A stretch of DNA of 64,000 nt from an uncultured Gemmatimonadaceae bacterium. Its GTDB lineage: Bacteria; Gemmatimonadota; Gemmatimonadetes; Gemmatimonadales; Gemmatimonadaceae. This document shows positions 31,299-40,837 of the stretch, one piece after another. Below the pieces are notes generated by a model. That model was not told the DNA's origin. It made no database searches and was given only the letters and a program-made list of their open reading frames with translations. The position numbers and the translations under genes are program-made. The stretch spans positions 47,071 through 111,070 of the forward strand of contig CAZLLP010000005.1 of assembly GCA_964560345.1 (NCBI GenBank). The letters run 5' to 3'. Each line of letters opens with the position of its first letter. The first letter of the stretch is position 1.

Positions 31299-33017
31299 AT
31301 GTCACCCCTGCCAATTCTCCTCGCCCTGGGGATGATCGCGGCTGCGGCCGCGCTGACGTGGCGACGCAGCGTGAACGAGCGCCGCTGGACGGCGCGTTAC
31401 CTCGAAGGGTTTGGCGCGCCGGTGGAGCGCGAACGCGACCTCGATCGCGCGGCAGCGTGGTTCCGGGCCCGCGAGCGCGCGGGGGGCGCAGCAGAGGCCA
31501 TGGACGAGCGGACGTGGCGCGACCTGGACATGGACGCGGTGTGGAGCGCGCTCGATCGCTCGGCGAGCCAGGTCGGGACGCAGGTCCTGTACGATCGACT
31601 GCGGCGACCGGTGAACGACGCGACAGCGATCGCGGAGTTCGAGCAGCTCGTGGAGGCCTTCCGTGTGTCGGAGGAGCGCCGCGCACGCGTCACGCGCGAG
31701 CTCCTGCGCTTGCGCGCGTGGCACGTCGCGGCACTCCCAGACCTGCTGTGGGGGGACCTCCCTCCCCGCTCGGCGCTGCGATGGGTGTTTGTCGCGATGG
31801 CGTTGCTGGTGGTCGTGCTGCTCGCGCTCATCCCGGTCTGGCCGCGGGCGCTGATCGGGGTGATCGCGCTCTTCCTCGCCAACTACCTGGTGAAGCTGGC
31901 GCTGCGTCCGCGCATCGATCCGTACGTCCCGTCGCTGCGTGCGCTCCCGCTGTTGATCGGTGTGGTGGAGCGGCTGTCGCGCCAGGACGATGCCGCGCTC
32001 GCCGCGCCCCTGGATCGCCTGCGGACGCATCGTGGCGCGCTGCGACTGCTCAAGGGGGCATCGCGATGGGTGGCCTTCGAGTCGTGGCAGGACAATCCGG
32101 CGTTAGGCGCGCTGGCCGACCTCGCGCGTTCGATGCAGGAGTACTTCAACATCGCCCTCCTGCTCGACGTCAACGCGTTCAACTTCGCGGTCGAGCGTAT
32201 TCGTCTGCAGCAGACGGCGGTGCGAGAGGTGTTCGAGGTGGTCGGGACGCTCGATGCGGCGATTGCCGTGGCGTCGGTGCGCACGGGGTGGGGGACCGAG
32301 TGGTGCCGCCCCACGCGCACTGACGCCATCCGCCAGCTGCATGCCGACGCGGTGCGTCACCCGCTGGTCGTGGATGCGGTCCCCAACGACTACGCCGCGC
32401 GCGGGGCGAGCTGGCTGGTGACTGGTTCCAACATGTCGGGGAAGTCGACCTTCCTGCGCACCGTCGGCGTGAACGCCGTGCTGGCGCGCACGATCAACAC
32501 CTGCCGGGCGAAGCGCTGGGACGGGGGGACGTACTCGGTGCGGAGCTGCATCGGGCGCAGCGACTCGATCCTCGAGGGGAAGAGCTACTACCTGACCGAG
32601 GTGGAGGTGGTGCGCGGGCTGCTGGACGCGTCACGAACGGCACAGCCGCACCTCTTCATCCTCGACGAACTCTTTCGCGGCACCAACACGATCGAGCGGA
32701 TCGCGGCGGCGCGCGCGGTGTTGGAGGCGCTCGACACGGGGCCGCACCTGGTGCTGGTGGCCACACATGACATCGAGTTGTTGCGCTGGCTCTCCCCTCG
32801 CTATGAGGCGTGGCACTTTCGCGAACAGATCGTGGATGGTGAGCTGGTCTTCGACTATCACCTGCGCTCCGGCCCGTCGTCGACACGCAATGCCGTCGCG
32901 CTGTTGCGGCACATGGCCTATCCCGAGGACGTCGTGCGGCTGGCGGAGGCCACCGTGGAGGAAGAAGAGCGCGCGCCGGGGACGCAAACGGGGGCGGCCC
33001 CAAGGCCCGCCCCCTGA
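31299..33017 (+). CDS. membrane-anchored MutS-related ATPase (MutS domain V only)
   Basis: TM helices near the N-terminus and around residues 150-200. C-terminal MutS ABC-ATPase motifs: GSNMSGKSTFLRTVG, ILDELFRGTN, THD. No mismatch-binding domain I or Smr domain is evident. Confidence 0.75.
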   Translation: MSPLPILLALGMIAAAAALTWRRSVNERRWTARYLEGFGAPVERERDLDRAAAWFRARERAGGAAEAMDERTWRDLDMDAVWSALDRSASQVGTQVLYDRLRRPVNDATAIAEFEQLVEAFRVSEERRARVTRELLRLRAWHVAALPDLLWGDLPPRSALRWVFVAMALLVVVLLALIPVWPRALIGVIALFLANYLVKLALRPRIDPYVPSLRALPLLIGVVERLSRQDDAALAAPLDRLRTHRGALRLLKGASRWVAFESWQDNPALGALADLARSMQEYFNIALLLDVNAFNFAVERIRLQQTAVREVFEVVGTLDAAIAVASVRTGWGTEWCRPTRTDAIRQLHADAVRHPLVVDAVPNDYAARGASWLVTGSNMSGKSTFLRTVGVNAVLARTINTCRAKRWDGGTYSVRSCIGRSDSILEGKSYYLTEVEVVRGLLDASRTAQPHLFILDELFRGTNTIERIAAARAVLEALDTGPHLVLVATHDIELLRWLSPRYEAWHFREQIVDGELVFDYHLRSGPSSTRNAVALLRHMAYPEDVVRLAEATVEEEERAPGTQTGAAPRPAP

Positions 33018-33039
33018 TGCGTCGTCCCGCGAGAGTGCG

Positions 33040-33252
33040 TCAGCAGCAGCGCGCGCCGGGACGCGAGTATCGATCCTCGAGGCGTTGCTTCACGAACTCG
33101 TCCTTCGTGAGCGGCGCGCGGTCGGAATGGCACGCGTGCTGGTGACGCAGGTAGCCCTCATAATCCGGCGCGCCGATGATGCGATTGAGCGTCGAGGTCG
33201 CACGTGCCCATCGCGTGGTCAGGTGCTGGGTGATGTCGGAGCCCCACTTCAT
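33040..33252 (-). CDS. ybdD: YbdD/YjiX family small protein (DUF466)
   Basis: 70 aa from ATG 33252, with ...GAPDYEGYLRHQHACHSDRAPLTKDEFVKQRLEDRYSRPGARCC matching the DUF466 pattern. The start overlaps the peptidase stop (ATGA). Confidence 0.8.
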   Translation of the reverse strand: MKWGSDITQHLTTRWARATSTLNRIIGAPDYEGYLRHQHACHSDRAPLTKDEFVKQRLEDRYSRPGARCC

Positions 33253-35618
33253 CGCGACCCTCCGTTGTTGGCACCGCGCCTGGCGGTGAGCTTGGCCTCG
33301 AACAACTCGAAGATGCGGCGATACTCGTCGCTCCACGAATCGGGGCGCACGAAGCCGTGGTCCTCGACCGGATAGACGGCGAGTTCCCACCCCGTCTTCC
33401 CCAGTTCGATGAACCGTTCCGTCAGCCGCACGATGTCCTGGAAGTGCACGTTGGTGTCGACCATCCCGTGCGCCATGAGCAGCGGGTCCTCGAGTCCTTC
33501 GGCGAAGAAGATCGGCGACGAGCGGCGATAGGCGAGCGTATCCTGCTGCGGCTGGTTGAGGATGCGCGCGGTGTAGCCGTGGTTGTAGTGCGCCCAGTCG
33601 GTCACCGAGCGCAGCGCGGCGCCGGCGCCAAACTCCTTGGGGGCGTTGAACAGCGCCATGAGCGTCATGAAGCCGCCGTAGCTCCCGCCGTACAACCCGA
33701 TGCGCTCGGGTGAGATCCCGAAGTTCTTCTGCAGGTAGCGCGAGCCGTCGACCTGGTCCTGCAGGTCGCGCCCCCCCATCCAGCGGTAGATGGCGGTGCG
33801 CCAGTCGCGTCCGTAGCCGGCACTCGCGCGGTAGTCGATGTCCAGCACCACGTAGCCCTTGCTGGCCAGGTAGTGGTTGAACATGAACTCGCGCGAGTAG
33901 CTCGACCAGTAATTGTGGACGTTGTGCATGTACCCCGCGCCGTGCACGAAGATCACCGCCGCCCCGTTAGGCTCGGCCTTCACGTCCTGCGGGCGGTAGA
34001 TGCGCGCCGGCACCTGGATGCCGTCCGACGCCGGGATGCGCACGATCTCCGGCGTGAGCCACGGATAGGCGAGCCACTCGGCGGTGGGCGACGTGGTGAG
34101 CTGCGCGGCCGGCGCGCCGGCGCGATTGGCGCGCACGAACAGTTCGGGGGGACGATTCGCCGTCGAGTTGACGTCGGCGAGCAGGCGCGCGTCGGGGGAG
34201 ACGACGACGGTGTGTCCCCCCACTTCACTCGTCAGGCGGACTGCCGGCCCGCCGGCGATGGGGAGGCGATAGAAGTGGCGCTCGAAAGGCGACACCTCGC
34301 TGGTGTGCAGTTCAAAGGCGGCGCGATCGTCGCTGAGGGAGACGTCGAGCACCTCGAACGCCCCCTTGGTGAGCTGCCGGCGATCGCTGCCATCGGCATT
34401 CATCGTGTAGAGGTGGGCATAGCCGTCCGCCTCGCTCACGAACCAGGCGCGCGCCCCACCCGGGAGCCAGCCGCCGCACGGGTAGCAGGGGCCGCCCACC
34501 CACGCCGAGTCGCGCAGGACGTCGAGGGTGACGAGGCGAGCGGAGTCGGCATCGAAACGCTGGATGTAGCGGGCCTTGAAGTCGCGCTGTTCGGAGAAGA
34601 CCAGCGCCTGCGTGCCGGCATCGTTCCATCCGAGGAGCGCGAGGATCGACGGAATGGCCGTCGAGTCGCCCGGGATGGGACGCAGCCACGTGACGTTGCC
34701 GCTGGGCACCTGCATCACCCCCACGCGTGCCCCGCCCAGCACGTCGCCCACCTTGGTGCGCACGAGGAGGTCTTCGGTGTAGCCGCTCAGCGTGACGTAG
34801 TTGGGGACGTTGGTCTGCTTTGCGTTAGGCGCGGAGCTCGCGGTGGTGAAGAGGATGGCGCGTCCGCTGGGGCTGACGGAGAATTGCGCGATGCGCTCGT
34901 TGGGGAGCAGGTACAACGCCTTGGGGCGTTCTGCCAGGTCGGCGTCGCGCTCGGCCTTCGCGATCGAGTCGCGCATGACGCGATCGCGCACGACCTCGAG
35001 CAGCGCCTTCTGCTGCGCTTCGAGCTGGGCGCGCTGCGCGTCGGGCTTGGGCGGCGTCGGCGGGGCCGGCGCGGGGCGGATATCGGTGAGCTGCTCGACA
35101 CGCGGCGAGTCGAGGTCGAGCGCCATCATGTTCTGCCCGTCGCGCACGAAGAAGACGCGCTTGCCGTCGGCCGAGAAGGTCGGCGCGCTCTCGATGATCG
35201 TGGTCTGCGTGAGGCGGCGGACGAGCGACTTCTTGAGCTCGATCACGTAGAGGTCGCCCTCGTACGAGACGACGCGGCGCAGGCGATCTCGCGACAGGTT
35301 CCCGGCCTCGAGGAGCGGCCCCACCGAGTCCATGTGCGCGCGCGAGACGAGTTCCGGCTTGGCGCCGGCGACGGCACGCACGCGGTAGGGCTCGGGCGTC
35401 TTGCGCCAGTCGGTCCCGGCCGGGAGCCACTGGAAGTAGATCCACGCGCCGTCTGGCGTGAAGCGCACGCGTTGCGGCTCACGGCCATAGACCTCGGGGC
35501 CGCGCATCATCCACGGGATCGTGAGGTCGGCCAGGGGGCGTTGCGCCTGCGCGCTGGCCAAGGGCGAGAGCGCGAGGAGGGCAGAGAAGCGGATGAGGGA
35601 CCGCATGGGTTGGCGCAT
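33249..35618 (-). CDS. S9-family serine peptidase (prolyl oligopeptidase/dipeptidyl peptidase type) with N-terminal beta-propeller
   Basis: Signal peptide (ALLALSPLASAQA), a long propeller region, and a C-terminal alpha/beta catalytic domain with GGSYGGFM, D and H contexts. Confidence 0.85.
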   Translation of the reverse strand: MRQPMRSLIRFSALLALSPLASAQAQRPLADLTIPWMMRGPEVYGREPQRVRFTPDGAWIYFQWLPAGTDWRKTPEPYRVRAVAGAKPELVSRAHMDSVGPLLEAGNLSRDRLRRVVSYEGDLYVIELKKSLVRRLTQTTIIESAPTFSADGKRVFFVRDGQNMMALDLDSPRVEQLTDIRPAPAPPTPPKPDAQRAQLEAQQKALLEVVRDRVMRDSIAKAERDADLAERPKALYLLPNERIAQFSVSPSGRAILFTTASSAPNAKQTNVPNYVTLSGYTEDLLVRTKVGDVLGGARVGVMQVPSGNVTWLRPIPGDSTAIPSILALLGWNDAGTQALVFSEQRDFKARYIQRFDADSARLVTLDVLRDSAWVGGPCYPCGGWLPGGARAWFVSEADGYAHLYTMNADGSDRRQLTKGAFEVLDVSLSDDRAAFELHTSEVSPFERHFYRLPIAGGPAVRLTSEVGGHTVVVSPDARLLADVNSTANRPPELFVRANRAGAPAAQLTTSPTAEWLAYPWLTPEIVRIPASDGIQVPARIYRPQDVKAEPNGAAVIFVHGAGYMHNVHNYWSSYSREFMFNHYLASKGYVVLDIDYRASAGYGRDWRTAIYRWMGGRDLQDQVDGSRYLQKNFGISPERIGLYGGSYGGFMTLMALFNAPKEFGAGAALRSVTDWAHYNHGYTARILNQPQQDTLAYRRSSPIFFAEGLEDPLLMAHGMVDTNVHFQDIVRLTERFIELGKTGWELAVYPVEDHGFVRPDSWSDEYRRIFELFEAKLTARRGANNGGSR

Positions 35619-35664
35619 GGTCGTGTGTATCGGCAGTCGGATCGACGATGGCAGCGGGATGCGT

Positions 35665-37734
35665 TCAGTCGCCCACGGCGACGGCGCGCGGTTCGAAGGG
35701 GATCTCGGTGCTGCGCGCAACCTTGCTGCCGCTGGCCACCGCGATCCACTCGTACGCCGACGCCGTGATGACGATGACCACCGAGATCATGAAGAAGGCG
35801 GCGACGGCGGCATCCACTCGGTCGTTGGTGATGAGGCGTGCGGCATCGGCGGCGGTCTTCACGTTGCCGGGGAGCTTGCCGTCGTCGAGCAGCCCCTGGA
35901 CCATGCGCGCGTGCGACAGGAAGCCGAGCTTGGGATCGTCCGAGAAGATCTTCATCGACCCGGCGGTCATCGTGACGATGCAGAGCCAGGTGAGCGGGAG
36001 CAGGGTGATCCAGGCGTAGGCCTTCTTCCCCATCTTGATGATCACCGTGGTGCCCACGCACAGTGCGACGACGGCGAGGAGCTGGTTGGCGATTCCGAAC
36101 AGCGGCCAGAGCGAGTTGATCCCGCCTAACGGGTCGACCACCCCCTGATAGAGGAAGTAGCCCCACGCGGCGACAAAGAGCGCCGACGAGAGGACGACCG
36201 CTGGATACCAGGCCACCCGTCCGAGCGGTTCATACACGTGTCGCAGCAGGTCCTGGAGCATGAAGCGTCCGACGCGCGTCCCGGCATCGAGCGTGGTGAG
36301 GATGAACAGCGCCTCGAACATGATGGCGAAGTGGTACCAGAGCGCCATCGCGGTGGAGCCGCCGAGCACGTTGGAGAAGAGGTGCGCCATGCCGACGGCG
36401 AGCGACGGCGCGCCGCCGGTGCGCGAGAGGAGCTTGGTCTCACCGACGCTGGCCGTCAGCTGCTTGAACGCTTCCGGGTCGAGCGTGAACCCCCAGTTGG
36501 CGATCGCGACCGCCGCGCTCTCGGCCGTGGTCCCGATGGCCGACGGCGGGGCGTTGATGGCGAAGTAGGTGCCCGGGGTGAGGACGCAGGCGGCGATGAG
36601 GGCGAGCGTGGCGACGAGCGACTCGGTGAGCATGGCGCCGTAGCCGATGAAGCGCGCATCGGGCTCGCGTTCGAGCAGCTTGGGCGTGGTGCCTGACGAG
36701 ATGAGCGAGTGGAAGCCGGAAATCGCACCGCAGGCGATGGTGATGAAGCAGAAGGGGAAGACCTTCCCGGCGAAGACCGGCCCCGATCCGTCGACGAAAC
36801 GGGTGATGGCCGGCATCTCCAGCGGCGGCAGCACGAAGAGCACGCCTAACGCCAAGGCCGCCACGACGCCGATCTTCACGAAGGCGCTGAGGTAGTCGCG
36901 CGGGGCCAGCAGCAGCCACACCGGGAGCACACTGGCGCAGAAGCCGTAGATCATGATCGACCAGGCCAGTGCGGTGCGGCTCAGCGTGAACATCGGGGCC
37001 AGCGTCGGGTTCTCCGCGACGCTCCGCCCGATGTAGAGGGCGAAGACGAGGAGGATGAGCCCCATCACCGTCGCTTCGAGCACCTTGTGCGGTCGAATCC
37101 ATCGCATGTAGGCGCCCATGATGAGCGCGATGGGAATCGTCAGCCCCACGGTGACCACGCCCCACGGGCTCTCGCCCAGCGCGTTCACGACGATGAGCGC
37201 GAGCACCGCGATGAGGACGATCATGATGCCGAGCACGGCGACGAGCGCGGTGAAGCCGGCGACTGTCCCGATCTCCTCCTTGGCCATCTGGCCGAGCGAC
37301 TTGCCGTTGCGCCGCACGCTGGAGGCGAGGATGACGAAGTCCTGCACCGCGCCGCCAAGTGCAACGCCGATGACGATCCACAGCGCGCCCGGAAGGAAGC
37401 CGAACTGCGCCGCGAGCGTGGGGCCGACCAGCGGGCCGGGGCCGGCGATGGCGGCAAAGTGATGACCAAAGACGACCCAGCGGTTGGTGGGGACGAAGTC
37501 CCGGCCGTCGTTGAGGCGCTCGGCGGGGGTCCGGCGGTTGGCGTCGAGGGCGAAGATGTTGCTCGCGATGATGCGCGAGTAGAAGCGGTATGCGACGACG
37601 TAGAAGCAGAGCGCCGCGGTCACCAGCCACGCGGCGCTCACGCGTTCGCCCTGGTTGAGGGCGATGTACGCGAACGCCCCGGCGCCGCAGGCGGCGACGA
37701 GGACCCAGGCGACAACGGAAAGGAGTCGACGCAT
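35665..37734 (-). CDS. cstA: carbon starvation protein A (peptide/pyruvate transporter family)
   Basis: 689 aa from ATG 37734. Polytopic, with the CstA signature VVFGHHFAAIAGPGPLVGPTLAAQFGFLPG. Confidence 0.9.
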   Translation of the reverse strand: MRRLLSVVAWVLVAACGAGAFAYIALNQGERVSAAWLVTAALCFYVVAYRFYSRIIASNIFALDANRRTPAERLNDGRDFVPTNRWVVFGHHFAAIAGPGPLVGPTLAAQFGFLPGALWIVIGVALGGAVQDFVILASSVRRNGKSLGQMAKEEIGTVAGFTALVAVLGIMIVLIAVLALIVVNALGESPWGVVTVGLTIPIALIMGAYMRWIRPHKVLEATVMGLILLVFALYIGRSVAENPTLAPMFTLSRTALAWSIMIYGFCASVLPVWLLLAPRDYLSAFVKIGVVAALALGVLFVLPPLEMPAITRFVDGSGPVFAGKVFPFCFITIACGAISGFHSLISSGTTPKLLEREPDARFIGYGAMLTESLVATLALIAACVLTPGTYFAINAPPSAIGTTAESAAVAIANWGFTLDPEAFKQLTASVGETKLLSRTGGAPSLAVGMAHLFSNVLGGSTAMALWYHFAIMFEALFILTTLDAGTRVGRFMLQDLLRHVYEPLGRVAWYPAVVLSSALFVAAWGYFLYQGVVDPLGGINSLWPLFGIANQLLAVVALCVGTTVIIKMGKKAYAWITLLPLTWLCIVTMTAGSMKIFSDDPKLGFLSHARMVQGLLDDGKLPGNVKTAADAARLITNDRVDAAVAAFFMISVVIVITASAYEWIAVASGSKVARSTEIPFEPRAVAVGD

Positions 37735-37744
37735 AACGAGGATC

Positions 37745-37779
37745 GAGACGGGAGACGGGAGTCGGGAGACAGGAGGGGG
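37745..37779. repeat. 5 x GAGACGG-type heptamer array (cstA upstream region)
   Basis: GAGACGG GAGACGG GAGTCGG GAGACAG GAGGGGG, starting 10 nt from the cstA start codon. It reads as a C/U-rich array in the cstA 5' leader. Confidence 0.75.
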
Positions 37780-37902
37780 ATCGAGCGCGACGAAATTGCG
37801 GGCGGGGGCAGGTGGGGTCAACGCGCGCTTGGCGATGCGGGTCCGCATCACCGGCGTTCTACCTGCGCGGCGCCTTGCGCTCCCACGACGTCGGGGGGCG
37901 AT

Positions 37903-37908
37903 TAGCTT
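37903..37908 (+). promoter_or_regulatory. -10-like TAGCTT box 10 nt upstream of a lipoprotein start codon
   Basis: TAGCTT at 37903-37908, then 10 nt, then the ATG at 37919, with no Shine-Dalgarno. Same spacing as the atpZ case. Confidence 0.3.
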
Positions 37909-37918
37909 TCGCGGCACC

Positions 37919-38662
37919 ATGTCCAACGCCTCAACGCTTGTCCGCGCGGGATCGCTGATGTGTGCCGTCTGCTTCGCCGTCGCGTGTGGCGGGGCGAGGA
38001 CGACGCCGCAGCCGGGGAGCACGGCCCCTGCACCTGCGACCGCTGCTCCAGCACCGGGTGCGTCCGCGACTCCGGCGGCCGAGCAGGGCGCTGCCGCCCC
38101 CAACGCCGGCGTGCTGCGTCGGTTCGCCGCGCTCAACGTGATCGTCCTCCCCACGCAATCGGTCGCGAACGCTGACGCGCTGGGATGGCGCGCGGCCAGC
38201 GGGGGCGAGCGTGTCCTGATCCCGGCGCTCGACGCGGGCATCGAGGCCGCACTGGCCGAACGCGGGCTCACCACGTGGGTCTATTCGTCGGCGCTCCAGC
38301 GGGCGGCCAAGCGGAATCCGACCTATGTCACCGATCCCTCGGCGGTACGCGCGCTGGAGCCGGTGCGGGCGGTGATGCGCAAGCCCGACGACTCGTTTGC
38401 CGAACCGTTTGCCACGCAGCTCCGGTCGCTGGCGGGGGTGAGCGATGCGCGCTACGCCCTGATTCCGCTCGAACTGCGCCTCGAGTCGATCCCCAACGCG
38501 ACGTCGGGGCGGGCGGTGCTGCAGGCGGCGGTGGTGGATGCCCGCGGGTCGCGCGTGGTGTGGGTTGGCGAAGTGGCGGGCGATGCGCACGCGAGCTACG
38601 GTCCCGCGGTCCTTGCCTCGCTGGCGCGTCGCGTGGCCGATCTGGTCGTCCCTCGAAACTGA
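37919..38662 (+). CDS. hypothetical lipoprotein
   Basis: ATG at 37919. Lipobox CFAVAC followed by a Pro/Ala-rich linker. I recognise no family. Confidence 0.6.
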   Translation: MSNASTLVRAGSLMCAVCFAVACGGARTTPQPGSTAPAPATAAPAPGASATPAAEQGAAAPNAGVLRRFAALNVIVLPTQSVANADALGWRAASGGERVLIPALDAGIEAALAERGLTTWVYSSALQRAAKRNPTYVTDPSAVRALEPVRAVMRKPDDSFAEPFATQLRSLAGVSDARYALIPLELRLESIPNATSGRAVLQAAVVDARGSRVVWVGEVAGDAHASYGPAVLASLARRVADLVVPRN

Positions 38663-38672
38663 TTGCACAGCC

Positions 38673-39692
38673 ATGACGATTCCCTGCACGCTCATCCCCG
38701 GCGACGGCATCGGCCCCGACATCACCGATGCCACGGTCCGCATCCTCGAGGCGGCGGGCGCGCCCTTCGCCTTCGACCGACAGTTGGCCGGGATGGCGGC
38801 GGTCCACGCGCACAACAACCCGATGCCCGACGCGACGCTCGAGTCGATCAAGCGCACGCGACTGGCGCTCAAGGGGCCGCTCGAGACGCCGGTGGGGGAA
38901 GGCTTTCGTTCGGTGAACGTGGCGCTGCGCAAGACGTTCGACCTGTACGCCAACGTCCGTCCAGCGCGCGTGATCCTGAAGGGGGGGCGGTTCGACAAGG
39001 TCGACATCGTCCTCGTGCGCGAGAACACCGAGGGGCTCTACGCGGGACTCGAGCACTACATCAAGATCGGCGAGGACGAGAAGGCGGCGGCCGAGTCGAT
39101 TGCGCTCATCACGCGGCTCGGGTCGGAGCGGGTGATTCGTTATGCATTCGAGTACGCGCTGGCACACGGGCGCAAGAAGCTGACGCTGGTGCACAAGGCC
39201 AACATCCTCAAGTTCTCGCAGGGGCTGTTTCGCTCGATCGGGCAGCAGGTGGCCAAGGAGTACGAGGGGCGCATCGCCTATGACGAGCGCATCGTCGACG
39301 CCTGCGCGATGCAGTTGGTAATCAAGCCGGAGCAGTTCGACGTGATCGTGACGACGAACCTGTTCGGCGACATCCTGTCGGACCTGGTGTCAGGGCTCGT
39401 CGGCGGGCTGGGGCTCGCGCCCGGGGCCAACATCGGCGCCGGCGCGGCGATCTTCGAGGCGGTGCATGGGACGGCGCCCGACATCGCGGGGCAGGGGATC
39501 GCCAACCCGAGCGCGCTGGTCTTTGCGGCGTGCCTGATGCTGGAGCACGTCGGGCATGGCGCGCTGGGGCGTCGCATCCAGGAAGCGGTCGAGGGGACGT
39601 TGCGCGAGGGGAAGACGGTCACGCGCGACCTTGGGGGGAGCGCCGGCACGCGCCAGTTTGCCGACGCCGTGATCGCCCGGTTGCAGGCCTAA
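38673..39692 (+). CDS. NAD-dependent isocitrate dehydrogenase (isocitrate/isopropylmalate dehydrogenase family)
   Basis: 339 aa from ATG 38673. Carries IPGDGIGPD, GFRSVNVALRKTFDLYANVRP, ENTEGLY and NLFGDILSD. The RSxNVALRK context favours IDH3-type over LeuB. Confidence 0.8.
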   Translation: MTIPCTLIPGDGIGPDITDATVRILEAAGAPFAFDRQLAGMAAVHAHNNPMPDATLESIKRTRLALKGPLETPVGEGFRSVNVALRKTFDLYANVRPARVILKGGRFDKVDIVLVRENTEGLYAGLEHYIKIGEDEKAAAESIALITRLGSERVIRYAFEYALAHGRKKLTLVHKANILKFSQGLFRSIGQQVAKEYEGRIAYDERIVDACAMQLVIKPEQFDVIVTTNLFGDILSDLVSGLVGGLGLAPGANIGAGAAIFEAVHGTAPDIAGQGIANPSALVFAACLMLEHVGHGALGRRIQEAVEGTLREGKTVTRDLGGSAGTRQFADAVIARLQA

Positions 39693-39698
39693 CGAGCC

Positions 39699-40544
39699 TT
39701 GGCGACCGTCCGGCTCTTCCACGTCTCCGACCTGCACTTCGGGCGCCCCGCCGTCCCGGCGCAGATCGACGCCATCGAAGCGCAGATCCAGGCGGAGCGC
39801 TACGACATCGTCGCCATTTCCGGCGACGTGTCGCAGCGATCGCGTGCGGGCGAGTTCCAGCGGGCCGCCGCGTTCATTCGCGATGCGCGCAAGGTGAGCA
39901 AGGTGCTCTGCGTCCCCGGCAACCACGACGTGGCGTGGTGGGAGTCGCCGTTGCACCTGCGGGGGACCGACCGGATGTACGCGCGCTACCGGACGTACAT
40001 CGACGCCGAACTGGAACCGGTGCTGCGCACGAGCGGCGCCACCGTGGTGGGGCTCAACACCTCGCAGGGAGTGCATGCGCGCACGCTCACCTGGAACGTG
40101 CGCGACATCTCGATCATCGGCGACCTGCGCAAGTCGCAGATCGAGCGCGCCCGGCGCGAGTTCGAGGCGTCGCCGCCCGGCGATGCACGGGTGATCGTCA
40201 TGCACCACAACCCGGTGAAGGGGGAACTCTCCCAGCGCCACGGGCTCAAGCACACCAAGCAGATCCTGGGCGCGTTCGCGCAGATCGGCGTGGACCTCGT
40301 GCTGTGCGGACACGATCACCAGGAAGCGATCCACTACGTCGAGCACACGCGAAAAGGGACGGTGATCTCGACCGCGGGGACGGTGTCCAACCGATCGCGC
40401 GGCGGGCGCCCGTCGAGCGTGAACGTCATCACGATCACGCCGGACGAGATCCGCATCGTGACGCATATCTGGTCAACGGCCGACCAGGCCTTCACCCCGG
40501 GCCCCTCCAAGTGCTTCGCGCGCTCCTCGCACGACTCGGCCTAA
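39699..40544 (+). CDS. metallophosphoesterase (calcineurin-like)
   Basis: Motifs SDLHFG, SGDVS, GNHD and GHDH. TTG start. Confidence 0.8.
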   Translation: MATVRLFHVSDLHFGRPAVPAQIDAIEAQIQAERYDIVAISGDVSQRSRAGEFQRAAAFIRDARKVSKVLCVPGNHDVAWWESPLHLRGTDRMYARYRTYIDAELEPVLRTSGATVVGLNTSQGVHARTLTWNVRDISIIGDLRKSQIERARREFEASPPGDARVIVMHHNPVKGELSQRHGLKHTKQILGAFAQIGVDLVLCGHDHQEAIHYVEHTRKGTVISTAGTVSNRSRGGRPSSVNVITITPDEIRIVTHIWSTADQAFTPGPSKCFARSSHDSA

Positions 40545-40837
40545 CGAGCGGCGGGACCGAGCAGCTCGAACTGGGGCTGGGCGGGGGCGCTGAGAAAGGC
40601 GCGGCTCAGGGCGCGGGTGCGACGGAGACGACGCGGCCGGCGCCCGGGCGGGAGGCGACGGGCACGCGGGCGACCGATCGCGCAGGACGGGCAATTCCGC
40701 CGGCCGACGAGCGCGGGCGACCCAGACGCGGGCGCAGCCCCGTGGAGGACGTCGCGGGGTCGCCACGCGCGAAGGGACGGCGGCGGAATGGTTCGGAGGG
40801 GAATGGATCGATGACGTCCGGCGGGGAGGGGGGGGCG

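Noticed and set aside
38659-38664. CTGATT 8 nt upstream of the IDH start codon, considered as another leaderless -10 box (GATTGCAC also precedes trmFO).
   Set aside because: The hexamer overlaps the stop codon of the preceding same-strand lipoprotein gene and lacks the TA of TAnnnT. Co-transcription with the upstream gene is the simpler explanation.
39530-40810. The N-terminal ~430 codons of the 699-aa track ORF 39530..41629.
   Set aside because: This part overlaps the 3' end of the IDH gene and the whole metallophosphoesterase gene in other frames, and it is Arg/Gly/Pro-rich. Only the C-terminal SprT-like part (from about 40811/40838) is credible.
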